Below are positions 1 to 13,527 of a stretch of DNA of 64,000 bases, piece by piece. The notes under the pieces are model-generated. The model saw only the letters and a program-made list of their open reading frames with translations, ran no database searches and was not told where the DNA came from. The translations under genes and the position numbers were made by a program. Source of the DNA: Octopus sinensis (taxonomy: Eukaryota). The stretch lies in the NCBI RefSeq assembly GCF_006345805.1, contig NC_042997.1, forward strand, positions 1,364,001 to 1,428,000, given 5' to 3'. How positions within the stretch are numbered: position 1 is the first letter of the stretch; each line of letters opens with the position of its first letter.

Positions 1-2770
1 AAACAGTATCTTTATACATAGCGAAAAACAGTATCATTATACAAAGCGATCGAAAGTAGTTTCACTTAATAGATTCCATGAAATTAATGTCGCCAAAGAA
101 TCTTAATTGCGTTTAGTTTTACCAGATCATCTTATTTTTGCAGTAACTTCTCTCCTTTTGTTCGTGTTCTAATGATGCAATTAGATTTTTAATGCTCATT
201 GGAAATAGTAGTTGTGCTATATCTCAACGTATTGATTACAAATTTATGGTACTATGACGTATAGATGTATTCCAACACCGATATCTTTAAGCACTTTACT
301 GTCATGAATTTCTTAATGGATACCAGTAAGATACGAAATCAGAGCCAAATGATTACGTGTACCTATTTTTTTTCCCCAAGCATCTCCTTTTATTACATAG
401 TAGGATCTGATATGGGAGGTATTTTACTCTTATTTAATGTTGCAGAAAAAAACGTTCAGACGTTTTTGTGCTGGCTTATTGCATGGATGTTAGTTGGTGT
501 CTAGAGACTTCGTGGCGATTATATAAAATGCTGGATTGGCAGCTAGCAGAGTCATAACACCACATTCTCTATACTAGTGTCGTCCTCTTTCCGAGTAGAA
601 AAATGTTTTCTGTGTCATCTTCGGGAGTCACATAAAGTGACGACCAATAGCAAATGAAATTAACATGCGGATATTAACATCCCTCTCCGTATCTATTTAA
701 TAAAAAGTTTCTAGCAGGAGACTTCAAGTAATTCTCAATAAAGCATATAGATAGAAACAGCTTTCTCTCTAAATATAGAAATGAATGCACAAACACACGC
801 ACACGCACGCACACGCACACACACTCACACATACACACACACACGAATACATATAAACATACATATGCTAGAGGTAAATGCATTTCATACGAAGACAATA
901 AATTCATAGATATGTTGATTGACACTTTATTGATAGACGTATTTAATGGCATTCCAATTCTTGAAAATGTGCTGCAATCTAGATGAATGTCTATCGATAA
1001 CCTTTGTAACCGCAATATTTGCAAATTGGTCACCCATCAATATTCAATTGAACATCCTATGTAGATTATTCAAAGATATATCTAGATACCGAACAGCTCA
1101 AGTGCACCATTATTTACAGTCACTTATTTAACCTCCTTTAGCTATGTAACTGTCGGAAGAAGATTGCACTGAATATTACTTAAGCTGTAGTGTGAAAGAT
1201 TCCTGTTACATTTCTTCTGAAATAGCTAATTAATTGGAGCCCCCTTGGTAGGTAATATTTCATTCTTAAGGATAAATTATATATTACCTGCAAAAGGGAC
1301 TTCAATTAAATAGCTATTTCAGAAGAAATATAATAGGAATCATTGAATTTTTTTTTATCTGTGTACCTTCGCTGAAGCAAATAGGCAGGTGCTTTTCATA
1401 CCATCTGATTGGCACGTTTCAATATTTTGTTGTTGTATTGATGGTCAAACCGATTTTGACTACAGCCTTATTGACAGATGTTAACAAATTATGTGTATCC
1501 TGAAGTTCATAAATTCTAAGGGAAAATCCAACAAATGTGTACGATCAGTATTTACGATCTGATGACCCGGTTTGTTTTTGTTTTTGTTTTTGTGTAATGG
1601 TGAAGCACTTGACAGGGATTGAGTTAAGATATTGCCTAAATATCTTATCTTCTACGATCATAAAAAGAAAAGAAGATATGATCACTTCCCTGTCAATCTC
1701 TCTCTGTTTTTCTCCAACCGTCTCTCTCCCATCCTGTTTCTCTCCCTTTCTCCCTCTTTCTGAATTATTCCTACAATTGTCGGAAGGTTTTGTTGGATTG
1801 TACGTAGAAAGACTTAAGGATTTCCTTGTATGATAGTCTATGCTGTGCCTATCACATTTGTGTTACAATAGTCCTGCAATGTATGTAACTTGACCTTCCA
1901 GGTGAAGCCAACTATCAAATGCTTTGTAAAAATCAACAAAAACGACCAATGCCGTTTACTTGGAGATTCTAAGCTCTTCTATAATTCTTCTAAGAAGAAT
2001 GATATTTGGCAGTGTTGATCTGAATTGCAGAGGTCATCTTGCATCTTAGGACGAGATCAAAGTGAAGGAGATTTTATTAATAAGCTTCGAGGGGTGGCGT
2101 GTGACATCTGAGACTCACCTGGACGTGTTGCTCAGTCCAAGACTACATGGATCATATAAACACCAATAAATATAAATATATGCAATTGAAGATTATATGA
2201 TATTCTGAAAATATATTTACTGCGACGTTTCTGATTCATATATAGCAGCCGTATAAGGGTTTGTGTGGCTTAAATATATACGAATTATCTTCATTATCAT
2301 TATGACCAGCATTGTATGTCCTTCTAATTATCTCATCCTAATCAGCAACATTATCCTCTTTAACATCATCATTATCATCATCTTACCATCACGCTCATTG
2401 TCGGGGTCGTAGACGTCGTCATCATCATCACCATCATCAACATGTTCATCATCATGAATTGATATACAGTTGACATATGAACAGTTTATTTTTGGAGACA
2501 TTTTTGTCTCGATAAAAAGGATACGCAAAATGTATTGAACTACCAAAGGAAGGTAAATGATTCAAATGTCCTGAGTGGTACATGCTCTCGTAATTAGATT
2601 TTAACGTTATTAAATATAGCATGTAATTACTAGTTTTTCCGTTTCCTGTCATTAGTTAGTTTTCTCCTTCGTCCAATATCATCTCCAGACGATACTCGAT
2701 GAAATCGACACAGTGCTTGAATGATAACCTATATGTTTTTAAACAATGAAATGTAGCGTCGACCTGCATG

Positions 2771-2802
<32 letters not shown>

Positions 2803-5800
2803 ATATATATAAGTGTGTGTGTGTGTGTGTTTGTGTATGTATATGTGTGTGTGTTGTGTACGCGTGTGTATGTGTGTGTGTGTATTTCTGTTTTAACATG
2901 AGTATGTCCTCGCCCGTGAGTATGTGTGTATATACTAAGGTCTGCTATTTTAAGCATTTTTTTCCATGAAAGAAAATTACACATACAACCTAGACAAGCA
3001 TATATATATATATATATATATATGCCTTACATATCTATTGAAATATACACGTAAAGATAGCCGCAATGTTCTCTTATGAATTGAATAATTTCTAAATTGT
3101 AATTTTCTTGATGGACGTAATATTTCAACACCTGCAACATAATGAACAGTCACTCATGATAGCATATAGATAACTGTTGAGAGTGTACAGATACACTTTC
3201 ACTTTTTTGTGCAATAATTATGAATGAAATTTATATTTTTTTCTAGAAACTGTTTACATGCCACACAGTGAAATTTACTATAGACTATATTATTTAAATT
3301 AATGATTTTTAATATTGACGGAAACAACAAATTTTAATCCGCTGTATCCCTTACCTGATATTTAATTTATCGGTCAAACGAGGCGACTGGTTACATAAAT
3401 ACATTTGAAAATCCTCTATAGAAAACGTTTCAGTCTGTTAACTCAATAACCAACTCAGATGTAGGAAACTCGGCCTTTGTTAGTCGGTGTTCACAACTGT
3501 TTTAGAAGCGAGTTACACTATCTGGTACCAACTTTCACATTCTCAATATCCCGAATGTCCCTCCATGTTCATCACAAAACCTAGTAATTTCCAGATGTGC
3601 TATATATTATCTTTCAACTTTCCCACACTCTGTTTCTTTCTATTTACCCTGTGGAGTGAAATACCATTCTGTTCTGAACTCTCCAAACTTCTTTTTAACA
3701 CTTCCTTATAATGCCTATAAACTGTCATCTCTCATTAGAAACAACTTATTTTCAAAATAATTCTTCGAATCCTGACAACACGATACTACTGCATTATCTT
3801 CTGTAATTAACTGAGCTGGGATTTACCCAGAATCATTTTCATTTCTTTTGAGATTTTAGCATAAATAAGTTCTGTAACTAAGTGGATTAAAATGCATTCC
3901 GAGTACAGTAGCCTCTTTAGATTATATTCACTCAATAATTGCTCAAACTTTTATATATCATGTTCTATAAATAAAATAATTACGTATTACCTATCGTTAT
4001 CCTTATCCCATTTTCAAATCTGCAAATATAAGTAAAAATGTTACTATAACAATCATGATGCTCCTTACATTTCAGACATTCTATATCGTCAATTGTGTAC
4101 ATTAGCCACTACTTATATACCCTTCCAATTGTATTCAATACCCTTCGTCTCTCACATTGTGAGCGCCGTTAGGTTAACCTGTAGTTATCCGAAAATACAA
4201 AGAAAAACCTGCAACCGTTTTTTTTCATATTCAATTGTAGCCCAACACCACTCTAATTGCTCATTTTGGTAACTATTTTAATTTCAATTTATCATCAATG
4301 TGCAGTATGTTTCTAGTGAGACGTAACTACAGATTTCGTCAAATATATTGTTAATTTACCTTCCATTACAGACTTTGCCTTAATACCTTTCATTCATAAT
4401 AATCCTCCTTAAAAGCCTCCGTACATCATTGACAAACATGTTCAAATTGTCTAAACATGTTCAAATAGCCGAATATTATCGATTATAAGCATCACTTCAT
4501 AATAGTTATTGTGGTAGCAACGTAATTTACCGCGTGGTTTCATTTTTCTTAAATGTTGTCAATTGGACACCAATTTTCAATGCAGCTCTCAGCTGCGTCG
4601 GTATGTAAGTTTTCCCTAAATCACTTTGAAATATTTATAGTTGGTAATCTAATACCCGGAGATAAATGAAAGCTGCTTTAAATTTCATTGAATTTCAAAC
4701 TGAATTAAGACTATTATTGCACCGATCACACTAGCGCTTTGATGTGAATTTTATAAATTTCATTTACATCATGATTTATATTTTCAAAGAGGGTATTAGC
4801 TAGAAGTAAACTACTGGTGGGGCTCTTTAAAAATGACCCTTATTTGTTAGAAAAAATATTGTTAGACAAATTGACATGGAAAAAATGTCTCTAAATTTAT
4901 CTTGCTGACTACAATTCATTTATTTTACTCATATGCATATTCGTTTGTTAAAATTATATAGGGGCATTCCCTATTCACCCACTAATCGTGTCAATAGTTT
5001 GTAATACCTATTTTTATCAATAAACTATTACCATGAAAGTTAATAAAACATTTAGTGGATTAATTACACCTAACTGATTCTAAAAGTTATATATTGACAT
5101 AGGATTAGGGATAGGAATGGGAGTGGAACTAAAACGGAAAGTGAACAGGGAATGGGATAGGACATGAAACAGTGTAATTGGAACGGGAACTGGAAATAAC
5201 CACGCTTTTCTAGTTCTTGTTGCCGGGTAAATCAGCTAGTATAATCGTAAAACAAAGTGATAACAATCAAAATATAAGAGTGAGTGAGGAGAGATTTCAA
5301 CAGCCAAATTTTTAATTTCAGATAATATTTTAAACAATAATGTAGCTTATCATCTGTCTAAATTTAACTAACAAAAGATATGAAGAATCTAATCGGCCAA
5401 TGAATTATTGCTGTCATAAACCTGCCTTGATAGACAAAGAGATTGTAGTGAATGGGATCTTAGAATTGGCAAAATAAAAGACAAAACTCAACAGGTTATT
5501 GGCCATGTTAACATTTCAGCAAGCGTATTACTTCTGTTCGCAATTAGTTTCGTTGTGGACAGCTACATCTACATAAACAAAAGTATTTAAGTCTGTAAGG
5601 GCAGAGGAAAAAATAAGCTTTTAAATAAAAAATAGAATGATCAGAATGGTGTGAAAAATTAATATCCGTGTTATTCAAAGACAACTCTAAAATCTGCATC
5701 TTTTTTGTATCATTATTTTGTTAAACAATTTTCAAACGATATACAGATTGATAGTACAAAATACACAGCGATTAGTTTGATACATGTTGTGTTGTATTAA

Positions 5801-6340
5801 TTAAAATAATACTATTTCTCATCTCCGAAAAAATTTATAGCTGTTACTAGATATGGACTATACCAACAGCTAATGTTTATGTCGGAATATTTCGAATAAA
5901 GATTGCAGAATACTGTAGCTTTGTAGTTTGCTGGATCTTATATTTCAATAAGTGAATAGAATGGTTCAATTAAGTTAAAGAAAGGGTCAAGCCACGTGTC
6001 TTCTCTACACTTGACACCACGCTCATGCTCTTAATATGACAACAATTAAGCAGGTCCAGAGTAATTATATTTTGGCAGCCGTGCATGGAATGGCCAGAAT
6101 ATCCTCTAGTGAAATTGATTGGATTTACTAAACTGAAAGCTGCAGGCCAATCTGTTCTGAAAGCTGCGTTTTCGGAATATATTTTTATCATATTGAATCT
6201 ACGCATCTTGATTCGTCTAACTTTTTATCATGCTCTTCTTTCTGACTGGTGCGCCTTAATTATTTCAAATGAAAATCACTTTTGAAACCAACATACCACT
6301 GGATAAGTTGCGTGCCTTTGACAAATTTTGTTTGTTATTG

Positions 6341-6391
6341 CAGGCATACACTGGTTTGTGGCGGCCAAGCGTTCGCAGCGACGTCGCTTTC

Positions 6392-6423
<32 letters not shown>

Positions 6424-6473
6424 CGAAGCAGAATTCGCAAAGCGTTGGATTGTTCACTCACTATAGGCGAACG
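6341..6473 (+). pseudogene. Isolated 28S (LSU) rRNA fragment, domain V / peptidyl-transferase region
   Basis: GGCGGCCAAGCGTTC..AGCGACGTCGCTTT.TGATCCTTCGATGTCGGCTCTTCCTATCATTGCGAAGCAGAATTCGC.AAGCGTTGGATTGTTCAC closely matches the conserved eukaryotic LSU sequence as I recall it. Flanks are not rDNA. Confidence 0.9.
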
Positions 6474-7897
6474 CCTCAGATAATATTTGCAAATCGATTG
6501 TCTTAATCAAATTAGTGACAACAATATAATAGAAAATGCGAATGAGATCTCACAACATCTAGAATATAAAATTATTTAACTGAGAATGTTCATTGAATCA
6601 TGGAATCGAATATTGAAATTGAGGAAAATGAATTGGTAATACAGGTGTATTTGGGGGAAATATAAGCATCTGGAAAGGTAAAATTTACTGAAGTAAATTT
6701 GTATGAAATAGTCGAGGTTTCAGAGTATCGTTGCATGATAGATGTATTGGTTGAGTGAACAAAATATCCAAATGCTAAGAGCATGCATATGCGTTGCTAA
6801 TTTTATTTTTAGCACACAGTGTTTTAATCATGCCATCGATTCCAGTCAGCTAAAAACCCACGGTTAGTACTAAGATGAATATAGTACAAACACTTATGCT
6901 ATCAAAAGCAGCACTCATGTATTTCTTTGATGTTAATTCGTTGTAAAACCTCGGAAAAATATGTGCAGGCCAAATTCTTGATTTATAATATACATGTATT
7001 TAGTACATATATAAAATAAACGGGTTGACACTTTGCTGATTAAAATTTTAATTCTCAATGCTACGTTTATATCAGTATTAATAAGATACCGGGAGTATAT
7101 CTGATCTTGTTTATAATCCTAAAGTGCACCTGATATTTTGCTGACGCGTTTAATAAATATTTGATTAGGTGGGTCTTTTACCAGTTTCCTTGAAGGAACG
7201 TCACAACCAATCAGTCATTTACATTAAGTTTTTCTTCTAATCTTCATGCTGATTTATATTCCTCTTCATTATATATCTTTATTCCTATCACACTGACGTA
7301 GACCTCTTTCGGCGATGCCTGATCTCACAATTTTCCCTATATATCCTATTTCATCTAGTTAGATTTTTTTCTCAATATATTTCTTTATTATCAGATTGTA
7401 TTGTTTTCAATGTGTTGTTAACTTTACATATCCGTAATACTCATCTTTAAACTCGGAGCATAATTCAAATTTTTCAAGCACTTCACCGAACATGGTAGGG
7501 AGCTAAAGAGCCAGCTAGCTGACTGTTGCATGGCTATCAGATTGATTGCAAATTGCAATACGTGTGCCGAGTTATGATGTATCTCTTCATTTTGTTGAAA
7601 TGTTTACAGTACTAATATTTTGCGGGCTGGTAATAAGACAATTAATATCAAGTACATAAGTCTATACAAGGAACCATTCTACAGCATCAATTCATTGTGT
7701 AGCAACATTTCAAACTACATCATCATCACCATTGTAACAACCTGATGCTGATTAATATAATTTGAATGAAAAAAAAATTCACTCACTCAAGAACTCATAT
7801 ATATGCGTATATATACTAGAAAACAATACGTTTAAATTTACTTTCAGTATTAATTTATTTCCTATTCATAATTTGTAGATTATACATATATACATAC

Positions 7898-7928
<31 letters not shown>

Positions 7929-7942
7929 GTGTGTGTGTGTGC

Positions 7943-7984
<42 letters not shown>

Positions 7985-8744
7985 AGAGAGAGAGAGAGAG
8001 ATAAGGTAGAAATATTTACTTGGAGATAGACAAATATGTCAATAGATACAGATATGCATACACACACACGCACGCCCGCTCGCAAACAAACGCGCGCGCC
8101 CACACGCATTATATTGTAAGGATTCTGTGAGGTAATATAGGTTTTCAAAACATGTTAGGCTGTTATGCTCATTCCTGGCTAAGATGAAGATGAAGTGAAA
8201 AATCTATTGTTTGCAATTCGTCATGCTCAGAATATTGCGTGGATGAAAAATAGAGATAATAGATAGGATTGAGGTGAATAATGTCAGGGTGGGATTGAAT
8301 ATCAAACAGTAAGCAATACACAGAAAATATGTAGACATGTATGTATGATGTCAACTGTGAATAGATGTCATAACCCATGTACAGCGTTTGTCATTTTTTC
8401 AGATTGATGTAAGTCAAAGTTGAGGACATTCACAGAAGACTAAAAAGTGATAAAGTAGTTTGGAGTTAACTAACAATGATCTTTGTCTAATCATAAATAC
8501 AGCATTATTACTATAGCAACAGTGAATGGGTATTCGACTTTGACAATTCAGTATAAAATATATCAAACGAAAACTATCATAATATGCGTCCTACAACGGT
8601 ACAAGAGAATCTTCGAACATTTATAGTATTAAAGGTGCTTTGCGACGGTAATTTATATTAAAAATAGGGCTGAAAAGAAACTAGTGCTTTGTTGGAGCCA
8701 GATGTGAGGATAGGATTTTCATGGATAGATCACGTGTACTAATA

Positions 8745-9165
8745 TCTCTCTTTTCTCTCTTTTACTTGTTTCAGTCACTGTGACTGTGGCCATGCTGGAG
8801 CACCGCCTTTAGTCGAGTAAAACGACGCCAGTGCTTATTCTGTGTAAGCGTAGTACTTATTCTATCGGTCTCTTTTGCCGAATCGCTAAGCTAAGTTACA
8901 GGGACGTAAACACATCAGCATCGGTTGTCAAGCGATGTTGGGGGGACAAACACAGACACACAAACATATACACACATACACATATATATTTATATATACA
9001 TATACGACGGGCTTCTTCCAGTTTCCGCCTACCAAATCCACTCACAAGGCTTTGGTCGGCCCGAGGCTATAGAAGACATTTGCTCAAGGTGCCACGCAGT
9101 TGAACTGAACCCGTGATCATGTGGTTGGTAAGCAAACTACTTACCACACAGCCATTCCTGCGCCT
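8745..9165 (-). mobile_element. tRNA-head SINE, family B (CORE-like CCTTGGGCAAG motif, CATGGCC-hairpin-GAAAC tail)
   Basis: The minus strand reads AGGCGCAGGAATGGCTGTGTGGTAAG..., has an internal (TA)/(TG) tract and ends CCAGCATGGCCACAGTCACAGTGACTGAAACAAGTAAAA. It is homologous to copies at 20.5, 27.3, 43.8 and 61.0 kb. Confidence 0.85.
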
Positions 9166-9209
9166 ATATAGTTATACTGTGGAGCATTTACACATATATG
9201 TTTGTCTGA

Positions 9210-9252
9210 GTATCTATCTATTTATCGGTCTATCTATCTATCTATTTATCTG

Positions 9253-9350
<98 letters not shown>
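9210..9350. repeat. (TCTA)n microsatellite grading into (TCTG)n
   Basis: Visible directly; it produces the YLSI/IYLS-repeat ORFs. Confidence 0.95.
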
Positions 9351-9351
<1 letters not shown>

Positions 9352-10023
9352 GTCTGTCTGTATGTCTGTCTGTATGTATGTATGGCTGTCTGTCTGCATG
9401 CACGTCTGCATGTTTGTTTGTCTGTCTGTCTGTCTGGTTGGTCTGTCAGTGTATCTACTTGTCTCTTTAACTGTCACCTTTGTCTCTCTCTCTTTTTATT
9501 TATCTAACTCGCTGCATCTACCCATCATCTAATCCTCTCATTCACACTTTCTATATGTGTATTTCAATTTGCTGCAAAGTATGTATATGTAGAAGTACTT
9601 AATTACGAAGTTAACGCTTTTGGAATGTCAAGCAGTACAATTTGGGCATCAGAGACGACAAAAGCTGAAATACTTTGAGCGTACTCGAGGTACTAACACC
9701 AAGACTAAAAAATGTATATACTCTCCGCCAGAAACTCCACTAACATCAAAGTTTAATGAACAGGGAAGTGATAGGAGAAAATATTTCCCTATGGAGCGTT
9801 GTGAAACATGTTGATAACTGTATACTTATTACCGCAATCGTGGTATTTCTCCGGGCGTCGGCAGTATGCCAGAAACATGAGGGCAAAACAGGTTGTTTAG
9901 TTTAGAAATACAATGATATCTCCTTGCAATGGCCAAGGTATTGTATGAATAAGAAAAAGCAAATTTTTTATTCCTGACCACATTCGCATGTCGCTGATAC
10001 GAATTCCCTGTAATGTTGCTAAT

Positions 10024-10087
<64 letters not shown>

Positions 10088-11744
10088 ATATTTCTTACTG
10101 GTGAACTTTGGTGGGAAATGAAAAAGAAGAAAAAGAGAAAAGCAAGTAAAGAAATAGAGGTAATCTAACGTTTTTAGCTCTCGTGGAACGTATATTGATC
10201 ATGGTTAATATAGTTGTGGACGTTTGGAATTAAACTGAGATTTGATGACAAATTGTAAGGCTACAAATCTGCACTGTCATGGTTTCAATATTCATTCTGA
10301 TCTTGTGAACAACAGCGAAATTTGGAAATGAATATTGTAGGCAGTTAGTTTTCATATCAATTTACTCTTGTTTACGTCGGTATGGTTCTTAGATATATTA
10401 AGGGATAGACAATGGGATAGACAATGGGATAGACAGTAGATTGTATACTTGAGGTTATGCCTTGAAAAGATTCGATTAGTTATACGAATTGTTGTTGTTT
10501 AACTAATGTGCTATCTATTTACCAGACCCTTAGCATAATGGCCTTATTTCAATTCGCACTTGGTATTTTTAAAAATATAATTATTCTCGTGTGTGTAACG
10601 CGTTGTTTCAGATTTTCCCCTTTTGAATTTGGAGGAGAATTTTTACTTCTTCCTACAAATATATTGTCACTTTATGTTTACAGAAGTAATTCCATATTTA
10701 GAGGCGGTTGTGGAATTTAAGACGCTCAATGATATTTAAAATACTTTCACTAGTTTTTGCTTAGTCGCCACATGCTGCGTAATGGAGTTGTGGAATATAT
10801 TCTACACGGTTGATTAATGAATGCTTACGTGCGTTGTTTTGAAGTATTTCACGTCGCTACTTTATAGGATATCGGTGTCGATATTCTATAACACAACAGC
10901 AACACAATATGTTGTTGAAATCATCAAGCAATGCACTTTCTTTTGCCTCTTAGATAAGACCCTACGATTACAATCGCATAAAAGTTAAATGGATCTATTA
11001 GTGTTTAATCGCAATGAATTTACTATGTTCACCAAGCTGAGGCATTTCTTACAAGAGCAAGAGGTTTTAACGTCTTTCTTATAACAAAATCCTGTAAAAA
11101 ATGTAGAAATTGAGGAAATTTTAATGACATTTTGAGGGAATATCTCTATTCACATTTGCGCTTAGTGGATTTTATAATGAGATGTTTCGTGTTTTATAGA
11201 TTGGGATGGAGGTTCCTCGTTCTTTTATAGGCTTATTCCGACTGTAAATTCATTACTTTATTTATCTATATCATTATTTATTTATTTATTTAATTATATA
11301 TATAACACGACCCGTCGAACCAGTCCTTCCTGCAAAAGAATTAAATAAAATTCCTTTGCATAGGGGTAAAAACAGGGAAAGAAAAAAATGTGTCAAGAAC
11401 AGGACGTAAAAGCAATACAAATAAAAATACAAATAAAAATACAAATGCAAGTCTATTTGTGGTGTCCTGTACTCATATATATATATATATATAAGTTTAA
11501 CAATTAAGGATAATCTCTTAATAAGGGATCTTAACAAGAAATATCAGGTAGCTAGCGTGAAAACCTCATAAAAAAAAGAATCCGATAAATAATTTTTTTC
11601 TTCTGAACAAATTAATTATATCTATATTGTATAGAGGGCATTATTACACATAAATGCCTCACACTAGGAGGGACAGAGTCATTACTACCAAAATTATACT
11701 AATCATACCCAAATGCAGTTTTTCAAAGCAAGACATTTAAAAAT

Positions 11745-12763
11745 GAATTATGTTCTGTATCACCGTGATTTCACATACAACTTGCGTCTAATGATCGTCA
11801 GCAGAACTGATTCTGAATATATCATAAATAAACTAACCTTACGTAGCGAAGACGAACAGACAACTGCTCACTCCGGCCAAGCACATGGAATGTTTATAAA
11901 TCATATATCCGGTAAATGGCGGGCTTTTTACGAACTGCATGTCGGGTAATGAAAAGTATTTCGGAATAAGTTTAACAATTAAGGATAATCTCTTAATAAG
12001 GGATCTTAACAAGAAATTATCAGGTAGCTAGCGTGAAAACCTCATAAAAGAAAAGAATCCGAAAATAATTTTTTTCTTCTGAACAAATTAATTATATCTA
12101 TATTGTATAGAGGCATTATTACACATAAATGCCTCACACTAGGAGGGACAGAGTCATTACTACCAAAATTATAATAATCATACCCAAATGCAGTTTTTCA
12201 AAGCAAGACATTTAAAAATGAATTATGTTCTGTATCACCGTGATTTCACATACAACTTGCGTCTAATGATCGTCAGCAGAACTGATTCTGAATATATCAT
12301 AAATAAACTAACCTTACGTAGCGAAGACGAACAGACAACTGCTCACTCCGGCCAAGCACATGGAATGTTTATAAATCATATATCCGGTAAATGCGGGCTT
12401 TTTACGAACTGCATGTCGGGTAATGAAAAGTATTTCGGAATAAGTTTAACAATTAAGGATAATCTCTTAATAAGGGATCTTAACAAGAAATTATCAGGTA
12501 GCTAGCGTGAAAACCTCATAAAAGAAAAGAATCCGAAAATAATTTTTTTCTTCTGAACAAATTAATTATATCTATATTGTATAGAGGGCATTATTACACA
12601 TAAATGCCTCACACTAGGAGGGACAGAGTCATTACTACCAAAATTATACTAATCATACCCAAATGCAGTTTTTCAAAGCAAGACATTTAAAAATGAATTA
12701 TGTTCTGTATCACCGTGATTTCACATACAACTTGCGTCTAATGATCGTCAGCAGAACTGATTC
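11745..12763 (-). ncRNA. Three minus-strand hammerhead copies: 11745-11813, 12220-12288, 12695-12763
   Basis: Reverse complements of the 13053-13121 motif, spaced 475 bp apart. Confidence 0.8.
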
Positions 12764-13052
12764 TGAATATATCATAAATAAACTAACCTTACGTAGCGAA
12801 GACGAACAGACAACTGCTCACTCCGGCCAAGCAGCTAGCTACCTGATAATTTCTTGTTAAGATCCCTTATTAAGAGATTATCCTTAATTGTTAAACTTAT
12901 TCCGAAATACTTTTCATTACCCGACATGCAGTTCGTAAAAAGCCCGCCATTTACCGGATATATGATTTTAAAACATTCCATGTGCTTGGCCGGAGTGAGC
13001 AGTTGTCTGTTCGTCTTCGCTACGTAAGGTTAGTTTATTTATGATATATTCA

Positions 13053-13121
13053 GAATCAGTTCTGCTGACGATCATTAGACGCAAGTTGTATGTGAAATCA
13101 CGGTGATACAGAACATAATTC
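13053..13121 (+). ncRNA. Type I hammerhead ribozyme (representative copy); predicted cleavage AUA^ after 13108
   Basis: Stem I is GTTCTG (13059-64)/CAGAAC (13109-14), extended by GAAT/ATTC across a 2x3 internal loop. Core is CTGACGA (13065-71) and GAAA (13094-97). Stem II is CAT..TA(G)AC-GCAA-GTTG..ATG with a GNRA loop. Stem III is ATCAC-G-GTGAT. The 10.1-11.1 position is U.U rather than G-C. Confidence 0.8.
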
Positions 13122-13527
13122 ATTTTTAAATGTCTTGCTTTGAAAAACTGCATTTGGGTATGATTAGTATAATTTTGGTAGTAATGACTCTGTCCCTCCT
13201 AGTGTGAGGCATTTATGTGTAATAATGCCCTCTATACAATATAGATATAATTAATTTGTTCAGAAGAAAAAAATTATTTTCGGATTCTTTTCTTTTATGA
13301 GGTTTTCACGCTAGCTACCTGATAATTTCTTGTTAAGATCCTTATTAAGAGATTATCCTTAATTGTTAAACTTATTCCGAAATACTTTTCATTACCCGAC
13401 ATGCAGTTCGTAAAAAGCCCGCCATTTACCGGATATATGATTTATAAACATTCCATGTGCTTGGCCGGAGTGAGCAGTTGTCTGTTCGTCTTCGCTACGT
13501 AAGGTTAGTTTATTTATGATATATTCA

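Noticed and set aside
3400-5240. Helitron PIF1 helicase remnant (minus) and a GCCGGG..CTAGT end at 5239
   Set aside because: Only faint, frameshifted resemblance to DFRQ/NMR motifs, and the two signals are on opposite strands; needs an HMM search.
9620-9814. ORF starting MECQ like the mariner transposase
   Set aside because: Similarity is limited to ~12 nt, with no TIR or further homology.
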